The notes beneath the pieces are model-generated. The model was not told the origin of the DNA and made no database searches. It saw only the letters and a list, made by a program, of their open reading frames with translations. A DNA stretch of 64,000 bases from Macrostomum lignano (lineage: Eukaryota). The stretch spans positions 1-64,000 of the forward strand of contig NIVC01002430.1 of the NCBI GenBank assembly GCA_002269645.1. Direction: 5' to 3'. Within the stretch, counting starts at the first letter, position 1. The number at the start of each line of letters is the position of its first letter. Made by a program: the position numbers and the translations under genes. This document shows positions 1 through 11,263 of the stretch, piece after piece.

Positions 1-3000
1 TGTGGATTCAGAGCTCGACAAAGCAATGATGCCATGTCAGCTCATGAAAATCTCGTCAGAGCGAGACAATTTTACTGTCTGAACGGGAGAAAGCTTGTCT
101 CAATTACAATAGTTTACTGTTAGAGCGTGACACGTTGATTAAAGAGCGCTCAGCTACGATCTCTGAGCTTGAAAACCTAGTATTAGAACGAAACGCTCTG
201 GTTTCGGAACGTGACACGCTTGCGTTAGAGCGGAATACTTTAGCTTCAGAGAACGCTGCTCTGATGGAATCTGCCACCCAGTTGAAGGAAAAGCATGACG
301 CAGTCTGTACTGAGCAAGATCGCATGAAAGAAAAGTGCGCTCGACTTGTGAAACAGTGCCGGCATTTTGAAGGAAGCGTCCAAGCAGAGTCATCAGCGAG
401 CAGAGACTGCGGACATTGGCTGTCAGATTGAAACAGCCACTGAGTCAGTAACTGCAGCTAGTGCGACAGCTACATCAGATGCTGCAACTGAAACAGATGT
501 CATCTCTTCCGACTCTTTATTCGAACCAGTAAGGGTGATGGTTGATGCTAGTACTGATGTGGAATTCAATGAAGTTCACAGTCGAGTGTCCGAACAAGAA
601 GTTGAGCAGTTATTGTTCTCTAGGATGGCACTGACTGAAGAAGTATTCGAGTTAAAACAACAACTCGCGGCTTCAGAAGCATCCAGAAAAACGACAGATT
701 CTGAACTTGCTAAAGTGAAGGTTCTAAACTCAGATCGAGAGGATTCAGTTTTAGATGGAGACACTTTGTATTAAAGCGAGATTCGTTGTTAACCCAACGG
801 GACAGCATACTTTTAGAGCGAGACACTTTGATTGCAGAGCGAGAGTCAATGCTTTCCGATCGGGAAAATTTAGTCGCAGAGCGGACGCTTTAGCCTCTGA
901 GAACGCTGCTCTAATGGAATTTCTACCCAGTTGAAAGTGACGCACGCACGAGGAAGTCAGCACCGAGCGAGATCGCATGAAAGAAAAATGTGCCCGGCTT
1001 GTAAAACAGTGCCGAATTCTGAAAGAGGCAGCCAGGCAGAGTCAGCAGCGAGCAGAGACTGCGGAATGCAGCTGTCAGACCGAACCAGAAAGGGAGTCAG
1101 CGACTCTAATCTGACGCAACCACCGCTTCAAATGCTAGACCGGACGTTTCAGTTGCCGATGCATCAACAGAAACGGTTGCACTTTTACCTCCCGAGCTTC
1201 ATTCGAAAAAGAGAACCCGACAATTTCTGAGTCGCAGACCATTGAAGTTTTCTATCGCGTGTTTGACGATGCTATTAGAGCTGCTGGACTTTCATACCGC
1301 GAAGTGAGTCTCCCATCTCCGCCCTCGTTGTTGTCAATGTCCGAGCTTTCAGAATGGATTACTAACCTTGTTAGCGTAAGTTTCAATGAGTTTTCGTTTT
1401 TTTGTACTGAAATTTCTTCACTTTATACTGCAATTTTAAGACATTTTTGTCATTATTCTTATACAGTGCGTGGCCAGTCAGCATCAACAGTTGGTAAATA
1501 CTGGCGAGCGCTGCGAAGGCTTGGAGCAGACTATCGCCGAGAAAGAGGAGTCCCTAACTGAGATGATGGAGCGCCTTGAGATAGCCAACAAGCGAGCGAT
1601 TACCACAGGCTCCGCCAGTTGGATTTCCAGCCGTCCTGCCACCTCGGTTGCCAGCCGTCAAGTTGAATGCGACCTTACTCAGCCGCTTATTGATGAGCTG
1701 GAGGCGACGCTGGCTAAACGCGACGGCAAAATTGCCGCTATGGAGCGGGACAGTCGCGAACTCAACCGAAAGCTGGAGTCCCATCTGCAAACTATGCGTC
1801 GAATGGAAGCTCGACTCCAGGCTTCGAGTCGAATGCTGCGCACTAGGCTGGTTGATAGCGCCGAGGCTGAGCAACTGGCGTTGAGGTTGGTGCAGTGCTT
1901 TTGTAGGGGTTTTTAAAAACGGTGCTCACCTAACACTAGAAAAATTTCGGAAAGCTTGGAAAAACTGCTATAGCAGCATTCCAACGAAGCTCTCTACGTT
2001 TGTACATTTTAAAAGAGGATGTCAACTTTTGCGGCGAAGTAAAGCTCTGGACCCAACCAACTACATTTTTTATATACTTTTCGGATCAATTAACAACTTG
2101 TAAAGAAACGCCAAGGCATCTCATCTGGTTCGCTCCTTTGTGCTCCGCAGGGTTTGTTGGTCCAGAGCTTTACTTTCGACTCCATACGGGTGCTCAAGTT
2201 GACATCCACTATCTGTTTATTGACGTTTCTAATTGATACGTCGTAGAAACGTCACAAATCTATTAATTGGGGGATTTAGCCTAGTGGTTAGAGCGTCGGA
2301 CTCACGACTTAAAGGTCGGGGGTTCGATTCCCGATCTCACTGGAACAATTTGTGCTCTTGAGCAAGACGCTTAACTCTGCATCGCTTCAGTTCACCCAGC
2401 TGTAAAATGGGTGCTAGCATTAGCTGGGGTAATTGAGGCTGTGTGGCGACCCCCCCCCCCCAGTCCTTGGGCTGAACAGCCGTACGCAGCCTTCAGATGC
2501 GCCGCACAATAGCTGCGGCTGAGCTGTCGGTTGTATATCTTCCCAATCGGGTAGGTGTAATCAGTTATTATTATTATTATTATTATTATCATCATCATTA
2601 TTATCATTATCATCATCGTCATGATTATCATTATCATTAATAAATGATAGAACCGCTTACTGCTTACTGTTTTACGATATGAAAGATCCAGTTTGTTAAA
2701 TTTCTAATTAATGAAGTTAAGCAGTGCTTTTACATTCTGAAAGTTCTAGTTTCTGAAGCGATCTCACCCAATGCCATCCAGCTGTCTTTAGCTCTTTCTT
2801 AACCTTATTATACACAATAAATCATATTGAAAAGGCCTCTTCAATCAATTCCAGGTGGAGTCTTTGTTCGCGCAGCTCGACGCAGCCGAAGAGAGGTTGG
2901 CCAGCTGCGCTTGACCCTGCGGGACCGGGACAATGAGCTGCTCCGGCTAGCCGACCAGCTGCGCGTCGAATCCGAGGCCAAGCGGCTCGACCTGTCAACT

Positions 3001-5871
3001 ATGCGCGAGCAGTCCCTTCTGTACGAGGCGGAGGTGCGTCGCCTACGCTTTGAATTAGACGCCAAAGAGGAGATGCTGACGCTGACTCGCGAGGCCGCCA
3101 CCCCCGCAGCCGCCGCGTCCACTTCGTCGGGTTGCAGCGGAGAGGACACGGCGGGGGATGGGGAGCTGGACAATAGTGCCGCATTTTATAAGCGCCGTAC
3201 GGACGAACTCACTGTTGAACTCAACAATGCTAGAAATTCTATTCAGCGGCTGACTGGCGAGTTAAAGGAAAATTCTATTGCGGCTGAAGCTGCCGTTGAA
3301 AAACTGCGCGCCGAGCTGTCGGTCACCGTTGAAAGCAAAGAGTTACTAAACAGAGAATTAATTGAAGTCAAAACTGCTTGCGACAGTTTGACTATTGAAA
3401 TAGCCGAAGCCAAAGAAGATGGAAGCATTATAGAAAAGCTTAACTCAGAATTGGCAACGGCCTCAGATGACAAAGAGTTGTTGAACAAAGAGCTGTTTGA
3501 AGCTAAAGCTACAATTGACAATTTGACCGCTGAATTGGCTAAAACAAAGACTGAACTCGAGCTTGTGGGGGATTCTAATTCAAAACTGACCAATGCCATC
3601 AGAGACAAGGAGTTACTAAGCGAAGAATTAAGTGAAGCTAAAGCTACAATTGACAATCTGACTGCTGAATTGGCTAAAACAAAGACCAAAGTGGACGGCG
3701 ATGCTAGTGAAGCGCTGGGCAATTTAAACTCTGAATTGACGGTCGCTTTAGAAGAAAAAGAAAAAGAACTAAGCGAGACAAAAGTTCTAATAGACAATTT
3801 GACGGCCGAATTGACCAAAGCCAAAGAAGACATGGTTATTGAATCTACAGAAACTAGAAGCATCATTGAACAACTTGCAAAGGACAAGGAAAATTTAAAT
3901 CAACAGCTGACTGGCGGCTAACAATGGAATTGACAGTTTAAACATCGAATTTGTCAGGACTAAGGAGGATTTGAATAATAGACTGGCTGAAGCTGAATGC
4001 ACGATCGATAATCTGCGCTCTGAGCTGGCCAGTGCGGCTACCGCTAAAGATAATTTATGCAACGAATTGGCAGAAGCTAAAATATTAATCGATGAGCTGA
4101 GAAATGAGCAAAAAGAAGTTGAAAAACCTACTTTGGCTACTGTAAGTCGCGCCAGCCAGACTGAAGCGGTCCCGGAAGCTGCAGGTCTCGAACAGCAGCG
4201 ACTGTATGGCGCTGGTCAGGACACCCGCCGATGGTGAAAGCGAAGCCAGTCTGCGCAGTCGTTTGGCTGAGAAAGAGCGCCTCGAGCAGCGCTACGCCGC
4301 ACTAGTTAAGAAGCTGCGACAGCAGCGACAGGAGACACTACAGCAGCACCGTAGTCAGCTGGCTGAAGTTCAGTCAGCAGCCGCTGCCGAGGTGGACGAG
4401 CTGCGTCGACGATTGGAAGCCAGCGAAGCTGAGCTCGATTCGGCACGGATGTCCCTGGCTTTAGCACCGCCACCGCCGCCACCTCCGCCGCCTCCGCCTC
4501 AGCAGCAGGCAGCCGAATCGGAGTTGCAGTCTCTGCGTGCTGTGCACTCGCGATGTCAAGGGCAGCTGGACCAGGTTCGAGCCGAGCGCAATCGAATTCA
4601 ACAGGAGTTCGACAGGCTGCGGCGGCGGCTAGAAGAGAGGCCTTTGTCGTCAACTCCGCCACCACCGCCTTCGCAGCCGATCGAGCGCTTACAGCGGTCT
4701 TCATCTCCGACGCCGTCACCGCCGCCAATGCATGCGCCAACAGCTGAAGCATCGGCGGTTGATGCCGCTGCGGCTGCAGCAGCCGAGGATGAAGTTCTAA
4801 CACTGCGCTCCGAGAACGAAGGCTTGCGCTTTAAAGTGAGCGTGCTAGAGACCAAAGCCAAGAAGATGGAGTTCCGACTTAGGGCTGAACGCGACAAGAT
4901 TGACAAGCTGCAGCTGCGGCTCGACGAGAAAGACGTGGAACTGGACCAGCTGGTTGACAAGCTTCGCGCCAGCCGGGGCCAGCTCGAATCCGAGCGCAGT
5001 CGACACCTCAACGAAGCCAAACGGCTCAGCGCAGCGCTTGAGGCTGAAGAGGCTCGGGCCGGCAAGCTCGAGCGTCGACTACGCGACGGCAGCTCCGAGT
5101 CGGCGACGGCCGCCCTCGCCGAGGAGGCGGCTGCGGCTCGCGAAGCAAAACGCCAATCGGAGCAGCGCCTGCTAGCAGAGGCGGCCGATCTGCGCGGCCA
5201 GCTGGACGAATTGGCGGCCGACAATCGCGATTTGCGCAGCCGACTTGAAGCGGCCGCCCCGTCTGGCTCTGGCGCCTCCGCCGGGGTCAGCGCGAGCGAC
5301 TGTGCCGAGTGTAGGCGTCTGCGCGAGGCTGTCCGAGTGCTGGAGCTTCAACAGGCCTCGCGACGTAGCAGGCGGCCAACTTGCGAGACCAAGTCTGTTG
5401 GCACCGAGGCGGTGTCAGTTGATGAGGCTGCCTGTCAGACATTGGAACCTGAAGAAGAGAATGATGCAATGCAGCGGCGATTAAACGAGCTGGAGTTGGC
5501 GGCTGTGGAGTGCGAGTCGCTTCGGGCTCTGGTGAAGCAGATGGAGGAGTCTGCGGCGCCTTGTGCTCCAACGCCGACACCGCAGCCGCTGCGACCGTCG
5601 CCATCGCCGCCGCTCCAGACTCGGAGGACACTTTGTCGGCGTCTCAATCAGCTTTGGACGAGTCATCAGTGCTGATTCCAATGCTGATGGACGAGCAGCA
5701 GGCCCCGCGGGCTTACAATCGACAACAACACCAACGATGGCGTTGGTTCGACGACTTCGTCGATGCCTTCAACCGTGGCGATCGTTGAGGCTTCGGCCGA
5801 GCGCGCGCAACGCCGTCATCGCATATTTGTTTGGCCTGCACTGCCTGTTGCTGTACTGGTTGCTGCTCTGA
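1..5871 (+). CDS. Large coiled-coil tail-anchored golgin (giantin/golgin-84/CASP type), 5' end outside window; reading frame broken by several 1-nt indels
   Basis: Coiled-coil ORF pieces 135-431, 367-774, 1470-1916, 2827-3921, 3971-4237, 4206-5675 and 5510-5788 join into one protein. Intron 1304-1466 (GTGAGT...TACAG, phase 0) and a larger intron about 1887-2885. The C-terminus RPSARNAVIAYLFGLHCLLLYWLLL* has the Y-x4-H transmembrane signature of giantin, golgin-84 and CASP. Confidence 0.7.
2271..2637 (+). mobile_element. tRNA-derived CORE-type SINE with (ATT/ATC)n tail, intronic
   Basis: Head GGGGGATTTAGCCTAGTGGTTAGAGCG...GGTTCGATTCC has Pol III A and B boxes. It is followed by TGTGCTCTTGAGCAAGACGCTTAAC...CAGTTCACCCAGCTGTAAAATGGG, which resembles the MIR/CORE consensus, and then a trinucleotide tail at about 2565-2637. 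Confidence 0.8.
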
Positions 5872-7100
5872 TTTGTACTTGTTAGCTTGGAATATTCTTT
5901 CAGCGTACTAATAGTAGCGTAATATGTGCCGAACAATTTTGCTCACTACCCTGGCTACCCGTGGCACCCAAAATTCAAGATTTTAGGCCGTCAGCATTTA
6001 GTAACATCGAAAAATTCTATTAGAACTGAAGGATTTTACGTGCCTGCGAGACTCTCCCGTCGTGTGGGCGAGAGGAATTGTAAGACTTTAATTATGAATT
6101 CGTACTGGGTAAGGCAATCATTTTCTATGGTTGCGCAGCTGTTAATTAAAGCTGTTGTTGAGGTTTAGGAATTTGATTTCGCTGGCTAATAGGTACTAGC
6201 TTAATTATATATGGCTTTGACCAGTGTGCATTGTCCAATTTTATCTGTGGTTGTTGTTCTGCTCAAATTGTTGATTGTTGATAATATTTTCAGCTTAATG
6301 TCAATATATCTTCCTTATTGTTGCTATTCATATGCAATACATGTATAAGATATCGTTGGCACAGTTAAATTTATAGATTCGGATCATTTGAGTGCTAGCT
6401 GTGAGCTCACGACATTTCATTGCTCATTCAGACTGTTACATGTACCATCTCGAACTCCCGATAGGCCAACTTAATTTCTGTTTGGTGTTTCTCTTGAATA
6501 TAATAATTGATAGAAAACTGCATGGTCATTTCATAATCATATCGTTACAAAAAGTACTTTAAAGCCTCCAATAAGTTAAAATGTAATTTGCGCTCTATAT
6601 ACTATGCAGTATCTGAAATTTATAACTGTTTTGAATTCCTTTCACTAGTTGAATTGTTTAATGGTGACACTTGTACAAAAATATATCCTTTCAAATTAGT
6701 CCGTTAGTTATTACTGTTCGCCTTTATCGGTGGTTTTTTGTGTATCGTTGTTTGGCAACTGTATCATAAAACTGTTTTAAATTTGGCCTATTGTTTTTCT
6801 CAACTCTAAAAGTAGATACTAACTCGTAACAAGTACTAACTTCACCTATTGTGCCTGGAAACCGAGGGCCGAATCCTGTAACCTGTAATAGCCTGGAACA
6901 GCGCCGCCCTCTGGCGGTCAGGTAGGGTCTTGGACTGCAGGACTGCCACTGTTTGGTTTGAAAGGAGGCTTTTGGGTGCTGCCGCAAATCAAGGCGACAG
7001 CCATTCTTCAGCCCTATGCGCACTACGCACACGAGGATGCCGATACTTGCTTTCTTATCGTCAAGCATGCATAATGCTGTGAACTGAGAGTTGTCACACA

Positions 7101-7189
7101 TGGTTCAAGCGGATTCGAACCCCAATCTAATGTAGCCAAAGACTTTGAATCGAACTCAAAGGCTTTGGTCGCTACTCAGCCCATGCACC
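7101..7189 (-). mobile_element. tRNA-like sequence, probably the head of a SINE whose body runs toward about 6800
   Basis: Minus strand reads GGTGCATGGGCTGAGTAG...CTTTGA-GTTCGAT-TCAAAG...GGGTTCGAATCC...TGAACCA: acceptor-like pairing, B box, 7-nt loop with TCG, long variable region. D arm and loop base 32 are non-canonical. Confidence 0.5.
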
Positions 7190-7423
7190 ACGAGTTCTTT
7201 CCCGATTTTACGCTTTTACCATAGACAGCTATATTTACTGCCTAGAACGAGCTTAAAAAGTACTATCATATAGCAAGTGAATTTATAATTGCGTTCAGTT
7301 TAATAAAATAGTAATTAAAAGAATTTTACTTGAGTCTCAAGGCAAAGAATTTGAATTCCGACAGACAGTGAAATCTGTGTAACTACCATTTTTTATCGCC
7401 AGCTGACTAAACTTGAGTAAAAC

Positions 7424-10400
7424 ATGCACCATCTAGCTCACTGCGACCACAGTGCATCGCAGGCTAGCCGACCTATGTCGCCGAGCACGCAGTTGAAGTT
7501 TCTGCTGGCCTGGGGCCAGGGACGCAACTCCCAAGACAGCCCGTCTCCGCTCAGCAGTGGTCATAGGCTCCGCTCGAAGCTGTCAAACAACGCTCAGCTG
7601 GACGGATCGGCTTCTTCAAATCCTAGGCCGAGTGGTCGACGAAGGCGGTCACTGACCTATGTTCCGGTGTCCGCCTGGGTCAAAGACTTCAAGGATGAAG
7701 ACGAGATCGACGGGTGCAGCATGAGGACGGCAGGAAGCCGCAGATCACCGAGTACCGGAAGATTTTCAGCCGCGTCAAGGAGCGCCTCCATTGGTGACCG
7801 GATAACATCAGTTTCGTCCAGGCAGTCGGTTGCCATGCCGCATGAGCCGATGGAGTCGCCGGCGCCTCCGCTTCCGCCGCCTCGAGCGTCACGCGCGTCG
7901 CGGCCGGCTGAACGGAGTCCGCCACCGCCGCTTCCGCCCCGGCGGGCACCCCGGCCGGCTCCTCGGAAAACTCTACCACCGCTGCCGCCTCGGAAAAAGC
8001 TGCCACCGCCGCCGCCACCGGAGCAGTTGCTTTCGCCCCCGATGCCGTCTCAGACTCCGCCACCGACGCCACCTCCAAAGACTCTGACACCGCCACCGCC
8101 GGCGCGCGTTGCGTCTGCTTCTGCTAAAGCCTCTGTTGCAGCTGTTGCTGTCACCAGCCAACGCCACCGCACGAATCGCCATTCTTCAACACTATCTCAA
8201 GCTGAGCTACGGGAGGTTCTGGCTCGCAGTGCAAGTCGCGCTGAAGCCTATCAGTCCATCGCAGATGCAGCTCCATCTGCCGGTGCCTCGATAGCAGAGT
8301 GCTCTAGAAAACGCCGCGAGCTTCGGCGGCCGTCAGACGTAGCAACTCTACTACACGAGATACTCGCTGGTAGAGCAAGCCGCTTAGGTGCCGGGGAAAC
8401 TTTAGAAGTCGCCTCGCCAGCCGCGGGCGCGGCTAGCGCTAAAACAAATAAATCAACTCACGGCTCTGGGGCTGGTCGAGCTCTTAAAAATGAGGACGAT
8501 TTAAACAAGCAACGAAAGAAGTGGTACAAGAAGTCGACAAAGTCGCGCAGCTACTCCTCTGAATCGAACATAGTGGACACGCTGGCGGAGATCATTGCTG
8601 AGAAGATCAGTCGCGCCGATAGGCGCAGGCAGAAGTATGACAGCAAAGGTGACGAACGCCTTAAGTTTGCAGCATCTTCGTCCAATCATCACAAAGACAA
8701 GCCAGATTGCGTTCCTGGGACCGAAAGAAAAGTTATTAAAGTTAAACGGCATAGTAAGCGAACCAGCACTGCCACAGATAGTTCGCTTAGTAGGCAGCAG
8801 CAAAACTGCAACAACTGCTATGAAAAGCCACCAAGAAGAAAAACAAGGCAGTTCTGTCACACTCACGTTGTGAATATTCAGTCAGCTAATGGTGTTCACA
8901 GTCGAAGTGGCGATGGTTGGAATTTTGCGTCCAAATATGGAAGCCAAGAACTTTTCCGTAAATGTGGGCTTTCAAATAGATCGAATGCAGGAAACTACAG
9001 ACCGTGCGATCAGCTCTTCTTTGATGGCAGTTTTGAGCAAGCGCAGATTCGTGCAACTGCAACGCCAGTATCTGAGCGCAGCCTGTCTGAGCGATTCAGC
9101 GTTGAACGAAATCAAGGCGAGTTAGTCTATCAAAATGTCGATAATATCGGCACTAGCACTTGTTCAACAGATGAGGAAATTAGCAGCGAACAACGTCCAA
9201 CCAATGTGTCTCAGCTGAGCACGCAAGCGTTGTATCATCACCGGTTCAGCGGTGCTGAAATCTCTTCGTTCTCGCGTTCAAGCGATTCATCGCAACGGTC
9301 AATGTCAGAAGCTCAAGCGAACTCGCACTTAGCTCCAACTGGTTGCCAGAATTCTAAGGCTGTCACAGAGCGGTTGTCCCGGCGTGAAAACTCGGATTTC
9401 GAATCTCAAGCTGCTGCAGCCGCGGCGGCCTATGCGGAAGATTTATTCAGCGGCGTGGTTAACGGACGCGATGAGTCCAATCTTCTGCTTCCGTTGGATG
9501 AGGCACCTCACGAGTTAAGGCTAAATTGGGTGTTGGCAGACACTGGGGACGAGTTGGGAGGAGGCGACTGTGTTGACATAGAAGCAACGATTCACATCCT
9601 TGAGCCGGAGACTGCATTGCCAAGGACCAATAGACGTGAACGAAGCCCGGTGTTTTGCGCCAGTCAGACTTGCAATTGGAGTTCCGATCTGCCGAACAAC
9701 TGTCGAAGTGACGTTGCTGCTGATACATTGCAGCATTCTCAAACGCGCAGCTCAATATCGTCCGATGCGTTGCAGGAAAAATTTCGCTTACCGTCAACAT
9801 CGCATGGTCAGCAGCAAAATGTCTCAGACTGGCTAACCACTGGTTGCGAAAGTTTCAATCGAGTCGCGAAAAGCGTTAATAAAAAGCGGACTACACTGCA
9901 TCGACGTAGTCGAGTTCAAATTGTGGAGCCTCTTGCTGTCGCTGTGCAGCATAAGATTGAGCTTCCCAGTTGTATTTTTGAGCAAATTTTCTGTTCTTGG
10001 AGACCATTAAAACATGCGCAACTGTTTAGACAAAGCTTGGCATTCGTCAGTCTAGAGAAAATGCTGCCCGACTCAGCGAGTGAATCTGCAAGTCTCTTGA
10101 CTCATTTTGGCGGATTGCTGATCAGGGCAGACAATCGAATCCCAGCCGAGCCAGAGAGAAAAATCAGCACTAATAGAGCTATCGCATTTCGATTTGCCAG
10201 ATGCATCAGCTCCCGCATTGTCAAGAGATTAATAGTAAGCTGCTGCCTACTGGGTTCGACTCTTGAACTGGCAGGTGGACATCTGAATCTATCTATGCTG
10301 AATACCACGCAGCACCCAGAAGCAGCAATCGTCAGGTCAAGCCTCTGTTTGCATCAGCGATGCGGCAACAGACAGAAATTGTTTAATTCGGGCGTCGAGC

Positions 10401-11263
10401 AGACCTGGCCGCCCTGTTGCTTCTACAGGACCGAGTCCTGTCGAGGCTCAACAGCCCGTCGAGGCCGAAGCAATGAGCTTCTTGAGAAGCTGCAAGTAGC
10501 TTCCAATCTGGCTATACAAAGCCGGCGACAGAGCGATCGATTCAGCAATGACTTAGATGAACAAGCAATAGAATTCAATAACTGTGACGTCACTCCTCTG
10601 ACATCTATCGGTGCAACTGATTGTGCAAAGTGTCTAAAACCAATCGAAGCATCGCTGACCGAGAAATGTAAACGATTATCCTCAAAGTACTGCAGCTTAC
10701 AATGCGTCATCACACACTGTCCAGAGCTGGTCACCAATCTAAACTTGCACCTGGCCTCCGATACCGAAGCCTCGAAGAAAGATTCGAAAACGCTGCAGCG
10801 TGAGCCACCGCAACAGCCGTACTTCTCAAATCAGGAAACGGCATCGAGTGAGAGCAGCAGCACCGATACCAGCTTGCGCACCCTCGGCAACCAGTTCAAT
10901 CAGGTGAGCGATACGTGCAGAAAGCTACTGTCCCAGGCGGCTGGCGACAAGCTGGCATCATCTAGCGCGGATCAGCTGCTTTCTCTCCAGTCCATCCAGA
11001 CTGCAGACTCGGATCCGCGGGTCGAACAGGCTAACGAAGGCGTAAGAAGCTCGCCGCTCGATGCCCGATCCTGCAGCTCTCGAAGTTGCCCGTCTAGCAG
11101 CAATGCACGGTGCTTCGGCTCGCCTTATCTGTCGGAACTCGAGCAGGAAGTGCCTCCTCTGGTCAGCATCACTTGCCAGCTCAGCTTAGTGGAGCAAACG
11201 ACTAGCGATGCTGACACCAGTGACAGTTTTGAACATTCTTTACCGGCTGGCGACTGCGCATAG
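7424..11263 (+). CDS. Uncharacterised 1279-aa single-ORF protein, Pro/Ser/basic-rich N-terminal half, likely disordered
   Basis: 3.8-kb stop-free frame, GC-rich against AT-rich flanks, with a start ATG and a TAG stop. No domain recognised. Confidence 0.7.
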   Translation: MHHLAHCDHSASQASRPMSPSTQLKFLLAWGQGRNSQDSPSPLSSGHRLRSKLSNNAQLDGSASSNPRPSGRRRRSLTYVPVSAWVKDFKDEDEIDGCSMRTAGSRRSPSTGRFSAASRSASIGDRITSVSSRQSVAMPHEPMESPAPPLPPPRASRASRPAERSPPPPLPPRRAPRPAPRKTLPPLPPRKKLPPPPPPEQLLSPPMPSQTPPPTPPPKTLTPPPPARVASASAKASVAAVAVTSQRHRTNRHSSTLSQAELREVLARSASRAEAYQSIADAAPSAGASIAECSRKRRELRRPSDVATLLHEILAGRASRLGAGETLEVASPAAGAASAKTNKSTHGSGAGRALKNEDDLNKQRKKWYKKSTKSRSYSSESNIVDTLAEIIAEKISRADRRRQKYDSKGDERLKFAASSSNHHKDKPDCVPGTERKVIKVKRHSKRTSTATDSSLSRQQQNCNNCYEKPPRRKTRQFCHTHVVNIQSANGVHSRSGDGWNFASKYGSQELFRKCGLSNRSNAGNYRPCDQLFFDGSFEQAQIRATATPVSERSLSERFSVERNQGELVYQNVDNIGTSTCSTDEEISSEQRPTNVSQLSTQALYHHRFSGAEISSFSRSSDSSQRSMSEAQANSHLAPTGCQNSKAVTERLSRRENSDFESQAAAAAAAYAEDLFSGVVNGRDESNLLLPLDEAPHELRLNWVLADTGDELGGGDCVDIEATIHILEPETALPRTNRRERSPVFCASQTCNWSSDLPNNCRSDVAADTLQHSQTRSSISSDALQEKFRLPSTSHGQQQNVSDWLTTGCESFNRVAKSVNKKRTTLHRRSRVQIVEPLAVAVQHKIELPSCIFEQIFCSWRPLKHAQLFRQSLAFVSLEKMLPDSASESASLLTHFGGLLIRADNRIPAEPERKISTNRAIAFRFARCISSRIVKRLIVSCCLLGSTLELAGGHLNLSMLNTTQHPEAAIVRSSLCLHQRCGNRQKLFNSGVEQTWPPCCFYRTESCRGSTARRGRSNELLEKLQVASNLAIQSRRQSDRFSNDLDEQAIEFNNCDVTPLTSIGATDCAKCLKPIEASLTEKCKRLSSKYCSLQCVITHCPELVTNLNLHLASDTEASKKDSKTLQREPPQQPYFSNQETASSESSSTDTSLRTLGNQFNQVSDTCRKLLSQAAGDKLASSSADQLLSLQSIQTADSDPRVEQANEGVRSSPLDARSCSSRSCPSSSNARCFGSPYLSELEQEVPPLVSITCQLSLVEQTTSDADTSDSFEHSLPAGDCA

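Noticed and set aside
2271-2345. Functional tRNA-Val(CAC)
   Set aside because: The anticodon stem does not pair and the sequence continues into a SINE body and tail.
6900-6922. CTCF-like motif CCGCCAGAGGGCG on the minus strand
   Set aside because: A single short match inside a probable repeat; cannot be supported, and CTCF presence in this organism is unknown.
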